From the NCBI RefSeq assembly GCF_006345805.1, contig NC_042998.1, positions 94,054,001-94,118,000 of the forward strand: a DNA stretch of 64,000 bases, in the 5' to 3' direction. Position numbers and translations under genes: made by a program. A model generated the notes under the pieces. It was not told the DNA's origin. It saw only the letters and a program-made list of their open reading frames with translations, and did not search any database. The number at the start of each line of letters is the position of its first letter. Position 1 is the stretch's first letter. This DNA comes from Octopus sinensis (lineage: Eukaryota). Below are positions 24,510 through 37,204 of the stretch, one piece after another.

Positions 24510-24940
24510 ATCATCATCATCATCATCATTTAGCGTCCGCTTTCCATGCTAGCATGGGTTAGACGGTTCAACTGGGGTCTGGGAAGCCAGAACGCTGCAC
24601 CAGGCCCAGTCTGATCTGGCAATGTTTCTACGGCTGGATGCCCTTCCTAACGCCACCCACTCCGTGAGTGTAGTGGGTGCTTTTTACGTGCCACCGGCAC
24701 AGTTGCAAGATGGGGCTGGCAAACGGCCACAGTCAGATGGTGCTTTTTACATGCCACTGGCACGGGGGCCAGGCGAGGCTGGCAACAGCCATGATCAGAT
24801 GATGCTTTTTACGTGCCACCAGCACGGAGGCCCGTCGGGGTGGCGCTGGTAACGGCCACGTTCAGGTGATTTGCTTACGTGCCACCGGCACTGGTATCAC
24901 AGCTACAATTTCCATTGATGTTGATCAAATTTCCATTGAT
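24510..24940 (-). mobile_element. RTE 3' UTR/tail copy
   Basis: (CAT)n tail, conserved tail stem and internal GTGCCACCGGCAC units. Confidence 0.85.
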
Positions 24941-24979
24941 GTTGATATATATATATATATGTGTGTGTGTGTGTATATA

Positions 24980-25112
24980 TATTATAGGCAAAATCAAAAC
25001 CAAAGCAGAACGAGTATCTCAAATAATTTATAATAATTTAATTTGAAGTCTTACAGACGTTTCTGGGATAACCTAAGTGGTAGGTTAGCATGTCCATGCA
25101 CTGGATATTCTA
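24980..25112. mobile_element. Truncated arm of the double-hammerhead element
   Basis: GAAGTCTTACAGACGTTTCTGGGATAACCTAAGTGG matches 21301-21340, but the CUGANGA side is missing. Confidence 0.65.
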
Positions 25113-25130
25113 TGCATATATATATGTATG

Positions 25131-25174
<44 letters not shown>

Positions 25175-25178
<4 letters not shown>

Positions 25179-25883
25179 GAAACTAATTAGTACATAGGTA
25201 ATCGTTTTTTATTTCGTATATTTTCATTTGTCTTGCTTAATTTTACACTTTATGTCTTGAGAACACATTCTTTGTGGAAAATAGTGATTTTGACGTCTAT
25301 ATCTAGCATATAGGCTGTCCACGTTTAGTGGTCAGTCCTCTAAATTTTGTATGTAAAAAAAATTTTATTCTTCAGATTTTTTTAAATATGCTAGGCCACT
25401 GGTTTTAATTGATTAATATCAATTTCTCCCCTTATTTAATTTTAAATAAAAAATGTTCTCTAACCAGTAAATTGACTGCTGTAGTTTATTAACTGCAGAG
25501 TAATTTCCAAGCTCAGCACGCCAAGGTGAAGGCATTTGAAAGATACATGTAAATATAATTTGTGGAACTCTCTACATGCTGGAGTTCGGTTGAGCGTTCT
25601 GTATCTAGTTCTGGAAATTGTGTTTTGTAAATGACAGACTATGCTGATGATCTTGCAGATGCTTACGTGTCCATATACATAAATATTAACAAGGGAAACT
25701 AATTAGTACAAAGGTAATTCTCTTTTATTTCGTATAATTTCATTTGTCTTGCTTATTTTTACACTTTGGTTTTTTGCTGAGTTTTTTCTTGAGAACACAT
25801 TCTTTGTGGAAAATATAGCTATTTTGACGTCTATATCTAGCATAAAGGCCATCCACTTTTAGTGGTCAGTCCTCTAAATTTTG
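25175..25883. repeat. Pair of ~180-190 bp diverged direct repeats around a ~340 bp spacer
   Basis: 25175-25349 is similar to 25691-25883. Confidence 0.75.
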
Positions 25884-25902
25884 ATATATATGTATGTATA
25901 TA

Positions 25903-25979
<77 letters not shown>

Positions 25980-26526
25980 TATACATGTGATAGGCTTCCG
26001 CACAGTTTCATCAATGAAATTCACTCACAAGGTACTGGTTGGCTCAGAGCTATAGTAGAACGCCCTTACCCAAGGTAGTGTGCAGCAGGACTGAAATCAA
26101 AACCATATGGTTACAAATTGAGCTTTTTAGCCACAAAACCATGATTGTTCCTATAAGTATTGATTCTCTCTATGTAAAACTGGAAAGCGAGGCAGTTGTT
26201 CTTGAGAGCAGGTGTGAAAGGGTCGCAAAATATCCACTTCCCTCAAAATTTCCTCTTGCCAGTTAATTAAGGAGAGATGGTGCCAAATGCATCTTTGCCC
26301 TTGGGTGCAAAGGTCCGTTGATATACAACTGGATACTGATTTCTTTTGACAAGACTCATGATAAAATTTTCAAAAGCAAGCTTATAGTCAATTAACCAAA
26401 TAAAACACATAGTTAATCATTCTTGTCACTTCAGATACTGCAATTTTACAGGAAGGCAATGACAGCATTAAAGCTTGGATGAATCATTATATATATATAT
26501 ATATATATATAGACATACACAGGCAT

Positions 26527-26597
<71 letters not shown>

Positions 26598-27234
26598 GAG
26601 ACATCCAGACAGACAGAGAGGGATGAGAGATTGATAGATAGATATATACATTGTCATTAACATCATCATTGTCATTTAACTTCTGTTTTCCATACTGACA
26701 TGAGCTGGATGATTTGGTAAGAGCTGACAAGCTGGAAGACTGCACCAGGTTCCAGTTGTCTGTTTTGGCATGGTTTCTATGGTTGCATGTCTTTCCTGAT
26801 CCCATCCACTTTACAAAGTGTACTGGGTGTTTTTTACATGACACCTACACAGGTGCTTTTGCATGGCACCAGCACTAACATGATCACTGAGTAACTTACA
26901 AGACAATAACCACTTCAGCTGGAAGGACACAGACACACACACACACACACACACATGTACGTATACACACATATACACACAAATGCACATATAGGTGTAT
27001 GTGTGTGTGCTTGTATGTGTTTGTGGGTGTGTGTTTGAGTGTGTGCATGTGTGTGTATTACATTTTTACAAGAAGATGGGTGACAGTGTCTTCAAAAGCT
27101 ATCTGCCTGAAGCTTTTAAATCACAGTCATCCCTCTTCTTGTGAAAGTATTATAAACATGTCCCCTGCAAAAAAGTATAGAATACTTCTTTAGTTTAATG
27201 TCAAATTGTTTTTATTATAACTCAATATAAAATG

Positions 27235-27280
<46 letters not shown>

Positions 27281-27389
27281 TATAGTAAATCCAAAAAAGG
27301 AGAACAAACACAAAAAAACAACAACCTGAGAACATGATACATGTAAACAGTAAAGTATTAGCAGACACTCAGGAAAGGAAAGAAAGATG

Positions 27390-27425
27390 GTTTAACGTTT
27401 CGAGCAGATACTCTTCTTCAGAAAC
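27390..27425 (-). ncRNA. Ultra-minimal type I hammerhead motif
   Basis: Minus strand: GTTT-CTGAAGA-A-GAG(TATCTG)CTC-GAAAC-GTT-AAAC. Confidence 0.6.
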
Positions 27426-27519
27426 AGAAGAAAGTCCAATAGAAGGGAAGACAGAGGAAGAAAATCGCCAACGATTTACTTGTGGTTGCATCATGAGATG
27501 AAAGGAGGAAAAAGGCCAA

Positions 27520-27915
27520 CAAAAACCAAGGTAAGATGAGTATCTGAAATCATTTAGAATAATTTAAATAGGGCAAGGTGAATTTGAAGTCTTACAGTTG
27601 TTCCTGGGATATCCCAAGTGATAGGCTAGCATGTCCATACACTAGGTAGTGCCATCAGAGACAAGATGAGTATGTATGAAAGTTCTAGACAGAGAAATTT
27701 ACAGTTTATAAGAAATAAGATAGAACTTTCTATAACATTCTTACATACTCACCTTGTCTCTGATAACAGAATACCCAGTGTATGGACATGCTAGCCTATC
27801 ATTTGGGATATCCCAGAAACAGTTGTAAGACTTCAAATTCACCTCACCCTAAATTATAAATGACTTGAAATATTTGTCCTGCCTTGGTTTTTGCTGTATT
27901 TTTCCTCTAATATAT
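27520..27915. mobile_element. Palindromic double-hammerhead element, decayed cores
   Basis: Hammerhead-derived arms at 27589-27662 (minus; CTGATGG, GGAAC) and 27756-27831 (plus; CTGATAA, GAAAC-AGTT-GTA). Duplicated at ~28400-28795. Confidence 0.7.
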
Positions 27916-28070
27916 ACCTGCTAACGTGATCCCCAGTTCCAGCGTCACCTGTAAACCTGGAATCTAAAAGATGACCAATCGTAGCACTTACTCAGTGTAC
28001 CTATTCATTTAGATCACCAGTGAACTAAGCTCCTCATATTCTCTCTCTCTCTCTCTCTCACTCTCTCTCA

Positions 28071-28166
<96 letters not shown>

Positions 28167-28271
28167 CATTATAGTAAATCCAAAAAAGGAGAACAAACAC
28201 AAAAAAACAACAACCTGAGAACATGATACATGTAAAGTATTAGCAGACACTCAGGAAAGGAAAGAAAGATG

Positions 28272-28307
28272 GTTTAACGTTTCGAGCAGATACTCTTCTT
28301 CAGAAAC
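28272..28307 (-). ncRNA. Ultra-minimal type I hammerhead motif (duplicate)
   Basis: Identical to 27390-27425. Confidence 0.6.
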
Positions 28308-28951
28308 AGAAGAAAGTCCAATAGAAGGGAAGACAGAGGAAGAAAATCGCCAACGATTTACTTGTGGTTGCATCATGAGATGAAAGGAGGAAAAAGGCCA
28401 ACAAAAACCAAGGTAAGATGAGTATCTGAAATCATTTAGAATAATTTAAATAGGGCAAGGTGAATTTGAAGTCTTACAGTTGTTCCTGGGATATCCCAAG
28501 TGATAGGCTAGCATGTCCATACACTAGGTAGTGCCATCAGAGACAAGATGAGTATGTATGAAAGTTCTAGACAGAGAAATTTACAGTTTATAAGAAATAA
28601 GATAGAACTTTCTATAACATTCTTACATACTCACCTTGTCTCTGATAACAGAATACCCAGTGTATGGACATGCTAGCCTATCATTTGGGATATCCCAGAA
28701 ACAGTTGTAAGACTTCAAATTCACCTCACCCTAAATTATAAATGACTTGAAATATTTGTCCTGCCTTGGTTTTTGCTGTATTTTTCCTCTAATATATACC
28801 TGCTAACGTGATCCCCAGTTCCAGCGTCACCTGTAAACCTGGAATCTAAAAGATGACCAATCGTAGCACTTACTCAGTGTACCTATTCATTTAGATCACC
28901 AGTGAACTAAGCTCCTCATATTCTCTCTCTCTCTCTCTCACTCTCTCTCAC

Positions 28952-29037
<86 letters not shown>

Positions 29038-29077
29038 TATATACAATATATGTATGATGTATTTATTATATAATATA

Positions 29078-29490
29078 GGTGTAGGAGTGGCTATGTGATA
29101 AGTAGCTTGCTTACCAACCACATGGTTCTGAGTTCAGTCTCACCGCATGGCACTTTGGGCAAGTGTCTTCTACTATAGGCTCAGGCCGACCAAATCCTTG
29201 TGAGTGGATTTGGTAGACAGAAACTGAAAGAAACCTGTCGTATATATATATATATATATGTATGTATGTGTGTATATTTTTGTGTGTCTGTGTTTGTCTC
29301 TCCAACATCGGTTGACAACCGATGCTGGTGTGTTTACATTCCCATAACATTAGCAGAGACCAATAGAATAAGTACTAAGCTTACAAAGAATAAGTCCTGA
29401 GGTCAATTTGCTCAATTAAAGGCGGTGCTACAGCATGGCCACAGTCAAATGACTGAAACAGGTAAAAGAAGAAAAGAAAGAATAAAAGAA
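29078..29490 (+). mobile_element. SINE family A, full length
   Basis: Head-to-tail match to family A. Confidence 0.88.
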
Positions 29491-29560
29491 TATTGTATGT
29501 GTGTATTATATAATGTATATATATTGTACATATACCTACTTATCTATTCATCTATCTATC

Positions 29561-29679
<119 letters not shown>

Positions 29680-29965
29680 TAAGGTATGTAGAAAAATACA
29701 ACATGGACAAGAACGTATAACTCATAGAAGACGATACAATAAACATGGACAGGACATTCGAACCCCTCAGTCTTCAGTCAAGAACCGGATCATCGTAGTA
29801 ATTTCGGCTGATTAATCTTATATATATAGATATGTTTATCGAAATCGATCAATGGAAATTGCAGCTGAGATAATAAGTGCCGGTGGCACGTAAGAGAACC
29901 ATCCGAACGTGGCCATTGCCAGCGCCGCCCCGACTGGCCTCGTGCCAGTGGCATGTAAAAAGCAC

Positions 29966-31200
29966 CATCATCATCATCATTTAATGTCTGCTTTCCATGC
30001 TAGTATGGGTTGGACGAGTTGACTGAGGACTGGTGAACCAGATGGCTGCACTAGGCTCCAGTCTTGATCTGGCAGAGTTTCTACAGCTGGATGCCCTTCC
30101 TAATGGCAACAACTCCAATAGTGTAGTGGGTGCTTTTACATGCCACCAGCATGAGGGCCAGTCAGGCAGTACTGGCAACGGCCACACTCATATGGTGTTT
30201 TTACATGCCACCTGCACAGGAGCCAGTTCAGTGGCACTGGCAATGACCTTGCTTGAATGTTTTTTCACGTGCCAGTAAGGCAACGCTGGTAATGATCATG
30301 CATGAATGGTGCTTTTTACATGCCACCGGCATGGAAACCAGTTAGCCGCTCTGGCAACGATCACGCTCGGATGGTGCTCTTAGTGCTCCACTAGCACGGA
30401 TGCCAGTCATCGAATTTGATTTCGATTTCGATTTCACTTGCCTCAACAGGTCTTTGCAAGCAGAGTTTAGCGTCCAATGAAGGAAAGATACACATTTGTG
30501 GGCAGGTTACACCCTGGTATAGGCCATGAGGTTATGGTCTCATTTGGCTTGCCAGGTCTTCCCAAGCACAGCATATTTCCAAAGGTCTCGGTAACTAGTC
30601 ATTGCCTCGGTGAGGCCTAATGTTTGAAGGTCTTGCTTCACCACTTCATCTCAGGTCTTCCTGGGTCTACCTCTTCCACAGGTTCCCTCAACGGCTAGGG
30701 TGTAGCACTTTTTCACACAGCTATCCTCATCCATTCTCACAACATGACCATACCAGTGCAGTCGTCTCTCTTGCACACCACATCTGATGCTTCTTAGGTC
30801 CAACTTTTCTCTCAAGGTACTTACACTCTGTTGAGTATGCACACTGACATTACACATCCATCGAAGCATACTGGCTTCATTCCTTATGAGCTTACGCATG
30901 TCCTCAGCAGTCACAGCCCATGTTTCACTGCCATGTAGCATGGCTGTTTGTACACATGCATCATACAGTCTACCTTTTACTCTGAGCGAGAAGCCCTTTG
31001 TCACCAGCAGAGGTAAGAGCTCTCTGAACTTTGCCCAGGCTTTTCTTATTCTAGCAGCTACACTTTTGGCACACCCTCCCCAGCTACTGATTTGGTCACC
31101 TAGGTAACTGAAGCCATCAACTACTAGTTTTTCTCCCTGGAATGTGGCGGAAGTTGTTCTCTGCACATTTTCAGTGTTTATTGCTCCTGAGTATCTGCCA
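29966..31200 (-). mobile_element. RTE LINE, subfamily 1, 5'-truncated and decayed
   Basis: ORF 30651-31217 (GAINTENVQRTTSATFQGEKL...GRLYDAC...ERRLHWYGHV...GRGRPRKT), then a 3' UTR and (ATG)n tail. Closest to the 42640-46412 copy. Confidence 0.93.
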
Positions 31201-31216
31201 CACACACACGCACACA

Positions 31217-31252
<36 letters not shown>

Positions 31253-32624
31253 TGTATGTATGTATGTATGTATGTTTATGATTATGTAAAGAAAGTTAAT
31301 ATTTTTATAGTAAACATACACATTACCTAACTTAAAATGGCAGATATCAACAAGTATTCCAGAATATTCGAGAATCGAAGATTATTTTATTTCTTCAGTT
31401 TCTCTTACTTAATTCTTCTGCATAGGATATTTCTGGCACTAATCTGTTTTGGAGAGGCAAAAAACATAGAAACAAAGTCAACTCTGATAAATGTGGAACT
31501 CACAATACAAGGAACTGAAATTGCATATGCTGAGGCATTTAGCCCCAGTGCCTTATCAACTTTTAACATATATCCCAAGTATATGAACAACCATAATATG
31601 GTCACTCATCCAGGAAAATCTGTATTAAATCATAATTATTATCTTAAAGAATGCAATATTGAACAAGGCAATCCTCAATTGATAAAAATGCAGGATGGTC
31701 ATAAATCAAGTATCTTTTGAATCAGAGTTAACCTAGTGCTAAAAGCACCAATTTGCATCTCATTTCATTTGCTATTTTTTTTATTAATCTCTACAGACTA
31801 AATACTAAACTATTTCTGTGTTAATTTTCAATAGCCTGTGAATTTTTAATTATCTATGAATAATTTAGATTCGAAGTACTGTTTCTACCATTGACATTAT
31901 TCAACAATCCTTATAGAATAATATCATTATTACTGGTATTTCAAGTAATTTAAAATATGAGCTTTCTTTCAGAGAATTTGTACAATTGTTAATAAGTCTC
32001 ATGTTACAATTCATATATTCTCGTGAAAGTAACAGAAGCTGTGACAGATTTAAACTAAACATAAATTAGAGGAGGTGCAAGAAATTCTCAATGATTTAAC
32101 ACATTGATCTAATACAACATCTGGTATAAAAGATGACATAATTTTTCACTTTTTGCTTTAGTCACTTGTTATTAAAGGAGAGATAATGGCTATAAAGTTT
32201 TGCCTCATTTAATGTCTTAGGTTTTACTGCTAGATGCCAAAAATCTTTAAGGATAAAATGGTAAAAAGAGTTTAACACATTTACAAAGGATTTTAAATCT
32301 CATTTTGTTGAAGAAAAAAAAAATTTATCAAATTTTGTCAAAAATAGGCACATTTTTTTTAATGCTTACTTTCCATGCTGGCATTGGTCAGAGAAAGTTT
32401 ATTGGGGCACATTTCTATGATCAGATGCCCTGTTTGTCTGTTTCCAAGTAAGGTGATATTTCCTTATAGCCAGACATGTTTTTACAGAAGATTGGGATTA
32501 AAGGACACTGGTTGCAATATTATGTCAATATCATGTCAAAGATACACTCACACACACACACACACATTACGAAATATATAGAGCTGCTTAAGAAGTGTTC
32601 GGGTCGAACCCAAGACAAAAGATA

Positions 32625-33810
32625 AGAATTAAGATATAAACTCAAATTAGGCAATCAACTTTTTTTACATACTCATACACAGTCATAAATTCGACTTAAA
32701 ATGTGTATATATATATTAATACATATTGACATATATGAATATTTAAAAAAATATAAATATAGGCGCAGGAGTGGCTGTGTGGTAAGTAGCTTGCTAACCA
32801 ACCACATGGTTCCGGGTTCAGTCCCACTGCGTGGCATCTTGGGCAAGTGTCTTCTGCTATAGCCCCGGGCCGACCAATGCCTTGTGAGTGGATTTGGTAG
32901 ACGGAAACTGAAAGAAGCCTGTCGTATATATGTATATATATATATGTGTGTGTTTGTGTGTCTGTGTTTGTCCCCTTAGCATCGCTTGACAACCGATGCT
33001 GGTGTATTTACGTCCCGTCACTTAGCGGTTCGGCAAAAAAGAGACCGATAGAATAAGTACTGGGCATACAAAGAATAAGTCCCGGGGTCGATTTGCTCGA
33101 TTAAAGGCGGTGCTCCAGCATGGCCACAGTCAAATGAGTGAAACAAGTAAAAGAGAAAAAAAAAGAGAAGAGAAATACGTCAGTTCCAGTTAAGAGATTC
33201 ATAAAATTCAATCCATTTTTTAAAAATATATAAATGGTGTATGATACAGTTTGAGTAAGTCTACTTTCTACAGCCATTTCTAGAGTTTATGTTCTGGTAG
33301 AAAAATTATAGAAATTTTACAAACCATGCTGACAGGAAAGGTATCCCCATTATAAAATCACATTCTTGACAATTTTTGGTGAGACATTGTCAGCATGGTT
33401 TGTAAAATTTCTATAATTTTTCTACCAGGACATAAACTCTAGAAATGGCTGTAGAAAGTGGACTTACTTGAATTGTATTATATACCATTTATATATTAAA
33501 AAAAAAAGATTGAATTTTATGGATCTGTTAATTTGAACTCTTAACCACTCTTAATCTTAGTATACAAAAAAAAAAATTTTACCAGTTCTCTTTTCCTGAC
33601 ACTTTTTCTTCCATATATATTCCACATAGATTCTATTTACATGTGTTTTTATGTATATTTATATATATTTATATTTTTTTAAATATTCATATATGTCAAA
33701 ATGTATTAATATATAATATATAGATACACATTTTAAGTCGAATTTATAACTGTGTATGAGCATGTAAAAAAAAGTTGCTTGCCTAATTTTGAGTTTTTAT
33801 TTTAAATCTT
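32625..33810. repeat. Old nested fold-back (two pairs of inverted arms) interrupted by a SINE
   Basis: Outer arms ~32625-32760 / 33665-33810 and inner arms ~33180-33333 / 33385-33535, diverged by substitutions. Confidence 0.8.
32762..33174 (+). mobile_element. SINE family A, full length and young
   Basis: Close match to the 8438-8836 and 22476-22883 copies. Confidence 0.92.
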
Positions 33811-35887
33811 ATGTGTGTGTGTGTGTGCATGTGTGTGTGTATGTAGGTATATATCACTTATATATATGTTATCAGTTGCAGCCAGTTTTTCAAGCTGAGA
33901 GGATGTAGACTCTGTTTGACTTTTTACTCTTTTTCTTCTTTTTTCTTCCCTGACAAAGGACTAAATTCAAAACGTTGGATATTCCACTCCTCATGGGCAA
34001 GTTCACTGTACCCCTTTCACTTTTTTCTATATATATATTTATTGGTCTTGAGCTATACCAGAAGACACTTGCACAATGTGCCACACAGTGGAGCTGAATC
34101 CAAACCATGTGATTGAGAAACAAATTTCTGAACCACACAAGAATATCTGTGACTACTCTTGTTGACAATAACATTTTTTTCTAATTTAACAAAATGAGAT
34201 TTAAAATCCTTTATAAGTGTATTCCACTCTCTTTACCATTTTATCTTCAAAGATTTGTTAGTTAGGAAAATAATCAAAACCAAACTAACAACTTTTGCAA
34301 TGCTTCTGTGAAATTACAATTTTTAAACTTTGAGTGAACACACACATCATAGATAAAAAAAAGACTCTTAAAGTGTATGAGGCAACCTCATTAGTGTTGG
34401 TGCCAAGATAAAATGCACTCAAAACAAACCATGAAGTGATTGGTAAATTAGAGTATCAGACAGAATGCTTTACAATATTTGTTCCAACTGTCTGCAGTCT
34501 GAGTTGAAATTCCACCAAGGTCAGCTTTGCTTTTATCTTTTTGATAAAAAAAAAATGTATCAATACAGGCTGAAACATTAAAGAAACATCAGTGTAGATG
34601 CCCTGTGGTATTCGTTCCAGCTCTTTGCCTTCTGAGTTCAAATTCCACTATGGTCTACTAAGGAGGTAGACCAACCTGTCACCTGGTTCAACACCACCTG
34701 GTCCTTGGTTGCCTTTAGTAGAGTCCATTATGTTGAAAGCATTCAGGCAAGGTCACTAGTTTGAGGATACCTTCCTTCCTTCTATCAGACTCAGAGACTC
34801 TGCAGGGTATTATGGACACTGCCTTCCTTCCAAACTAAAAGATAAAAACAAATATAAAATAAGACTAAATATGACTGAGAAGACTTTTTAGTCTTGTTGA
34901 GGACTTGACAACCTCACTCATGTTGGTGCCATGATAATATGCAGTCAGTACACTCTGTAAAGTGGTCGGTGACAGAAATGGCAACAATTATGATAATGGG
35001 AGGTGGAGAATGATGGTGGTGGTGGTGATGATGATGATGATGATGATGAAGAGGAGGAGGATATCTTAGAATTACTTCTTTCACTTGACCTGATGCAGGA
35101 TTGATTTTTTGCTGATGCATGGAAAGATATCAGTGGCAATGTACTAAGCATTAATTACTTATCCAAAAGATGCGATGCTTGACTTTTCAAACTCCATCTT
35201 TACAAAGATGGAGCATTATTTAGTAACATTTTAGTCTTATCAGTTGCAAAAGCTCCAAAAACTAACCAACCTGCCACTCACTGACCCCCCACCCAAATTT
35301 AGTCAATTTTGAAAACCCTAAATAATTATTTTTATTAATAATTTCACAACTAATTTCTTTATATTAGCAAAGTAACACAATTTCATATTTTTCCATGTAA
35401 GATTTAATAGATCTTTCTTACACAAATCATTCAACTGTGAAATCAATGTAGCACTTAATATTGATTTACAGGAATGAAATTAAGTATGTTCTCTTAAAAT
35501 ATAGTTCAATGTCAGGTACAGCAGTTGACCTCATAATTTGAAACAACTAGGTCACCATCGTAACTATTTAGTCATCAAATCTGCTATATTTATTGAAATT
35601 ATGAAAGTCCCTCTCAGCAGTTGTCTTAGTTTGTCAATAACAATTTTGGTACTGGAAACCTATTTCCTCTTCCTCTACATCGTTATACAGTTGATATCTT
35701 TTATCTTTTACTTGTTTCAGTCATTAAACTGAGGCCATCCTGGGGCACCACCTTCAAGGGTTTAGTCAAACGAGTCAAACCCAGTACTTTTTTAAAAGCC
35801 TGGTACTTATTCTATTAATCTCTTTTTATTGAACCACTAGGCTATGAAGATATAAACAAACACACACACACACACCACACACACACT

Positions 35888-37166
35888 CAGAGGTTGCGGT
35901 GAATATATTGTCGTCTAAATTACACAAAAAGGAAAATAATACTTACATTTCATTTTAACAGATATATTAACCAAAATTACATAAAAATATCTTGAAATAC
36001 TAAAGAGGAAATTTATTCAATAAAATCGCCATTGGCTTCATCCATGACCTCGAGACAACTTTGGAATCTCCTGCAACTCTTCTGGACAGTCTCCTTGTTT
36101 TTGTTGAATGCTGCCATAATCTTTGCATTCAGTTCATCTTTGGTGTTACAAGGAGTTTTGTTGGTCGTTCACCCAACTGTGCCCCACACATAATAATCAA
36201 GAGGGTTGTAGTCTGAGGAGTTAGGTGGCCAGATGTTAGGGGTGATGTGGTCGTAGAAATTGTCTGACAGCCATAACTGGGTTCTCCCGCTTGTGTGGCA
36301 TGGTGCAGAGTCCTGTTGCTAGACATAGGATCTTCCAGCAGCCACCCTCTTGACTCAGAACAGCACTACCTCCTCCAAGTACTTGATGTAGACTTCCGTG
36401 TTGAGTCTGTGTCTGTGTGGGAAGAGGAATGGAGGTATATCATTGCCATGATGTTGACTGGATGTTTGATTTTTATCACTCTTGGTACATGTCTTCAGAT
36501 TGCATTGTCCTCAGATTGACACTCAAACACTCTGAAATGTTCATAATGGTGCTTCCTGCATGAATGCCAAGTAGTACAGCATGTTGTTTCCAAATTTCTG
36601 GTAGAGTGAATTGCATCATGTTGCTGTTTTTCTCACAGACGGTACCCATCTAACCAGTGCTGGATTAACCCATTAAGCAAAATAAGCATGTGCTTAGGGC
36701 ATCAAAGGACAGGGACACCATAGAAACGAAAATGGTTTATGGCATGAAAGAAATCACTTTAAACTTGCTAAAATAATATTTGTAATGCCTTATCTCTTAC
36801 ATAAAATTGATTTTAACAATGTCAATAAACACTTTGCAATTAATAAAAAAAAACAAGGAGAAAACTTTTCAAATATAAATAAAATGGAAGCATTCAAAAA
36901 TAAACATTATTTTCCATTTTACTGTTAGTTTTGTTTCATTTTGAAAAATAATGATTTATTTTATGGTTTATTATCATTTACATTTTGAACCATTTACATT
37001 TACTTGAAGGCACCAAAACCTTTTAAGTGCTTAGGGCCTCCATGGGTCTTAATCTGGCTCTGCATCTAACCTTACTATACTGTGTAGCCGACAAAATCAA
37101 AAACAAACAAATTGCATGTGTAAAATTAAAAATATACAAAGGCAACAATTTACCCATTGCACACTG
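35888..37166 (-). mobile_element. maT/Bmmar1-type (DD37D) non-autonomous transposon
   Basis: Minus translation QQDSAPCHTSGRTQLWLSDNFYDHITPNIWPPNSSDYNPLDYYVWG has 37 residues between the two Asp. The ends match the copy at 56782-57659. Confidence 0.88.
36655..37062. mobile_element. hAT-type MITE (408 bp) nested in the maT copy
   Basis: 8-bp TSD CATCTAAC (36647-36654, 37063-37070) and TIRs CAGTGCTGGATTAA / TTAATCTGGCTCTG. Confidence 0.88.
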
Positions 37167-37167
37167 T

Positions 37168-37204
<37 letters not shown>

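Larger units (their letters stand above)
27278..28922. repeat. Near-identical tandem duplication, period ~889 bp
   Basis: 27278-28040 versus 28167-28922. The visible differences are a 7-bp indel and homopolymer lengths, and the copies are bounded by (TA)n/(CT)n. Confidence 0.95.

Noticed and set aside
25640-25670. CTGATGA in the spacer of the direct-repeat unit
   Set aside because: No stem or downstream GAAA.
29755-29822. GAAA and CTGAAGA motifs on the minus strand
   Set aside because: The order and pairing do not close a hammerhead. It is likely a truncated PLE terminus.
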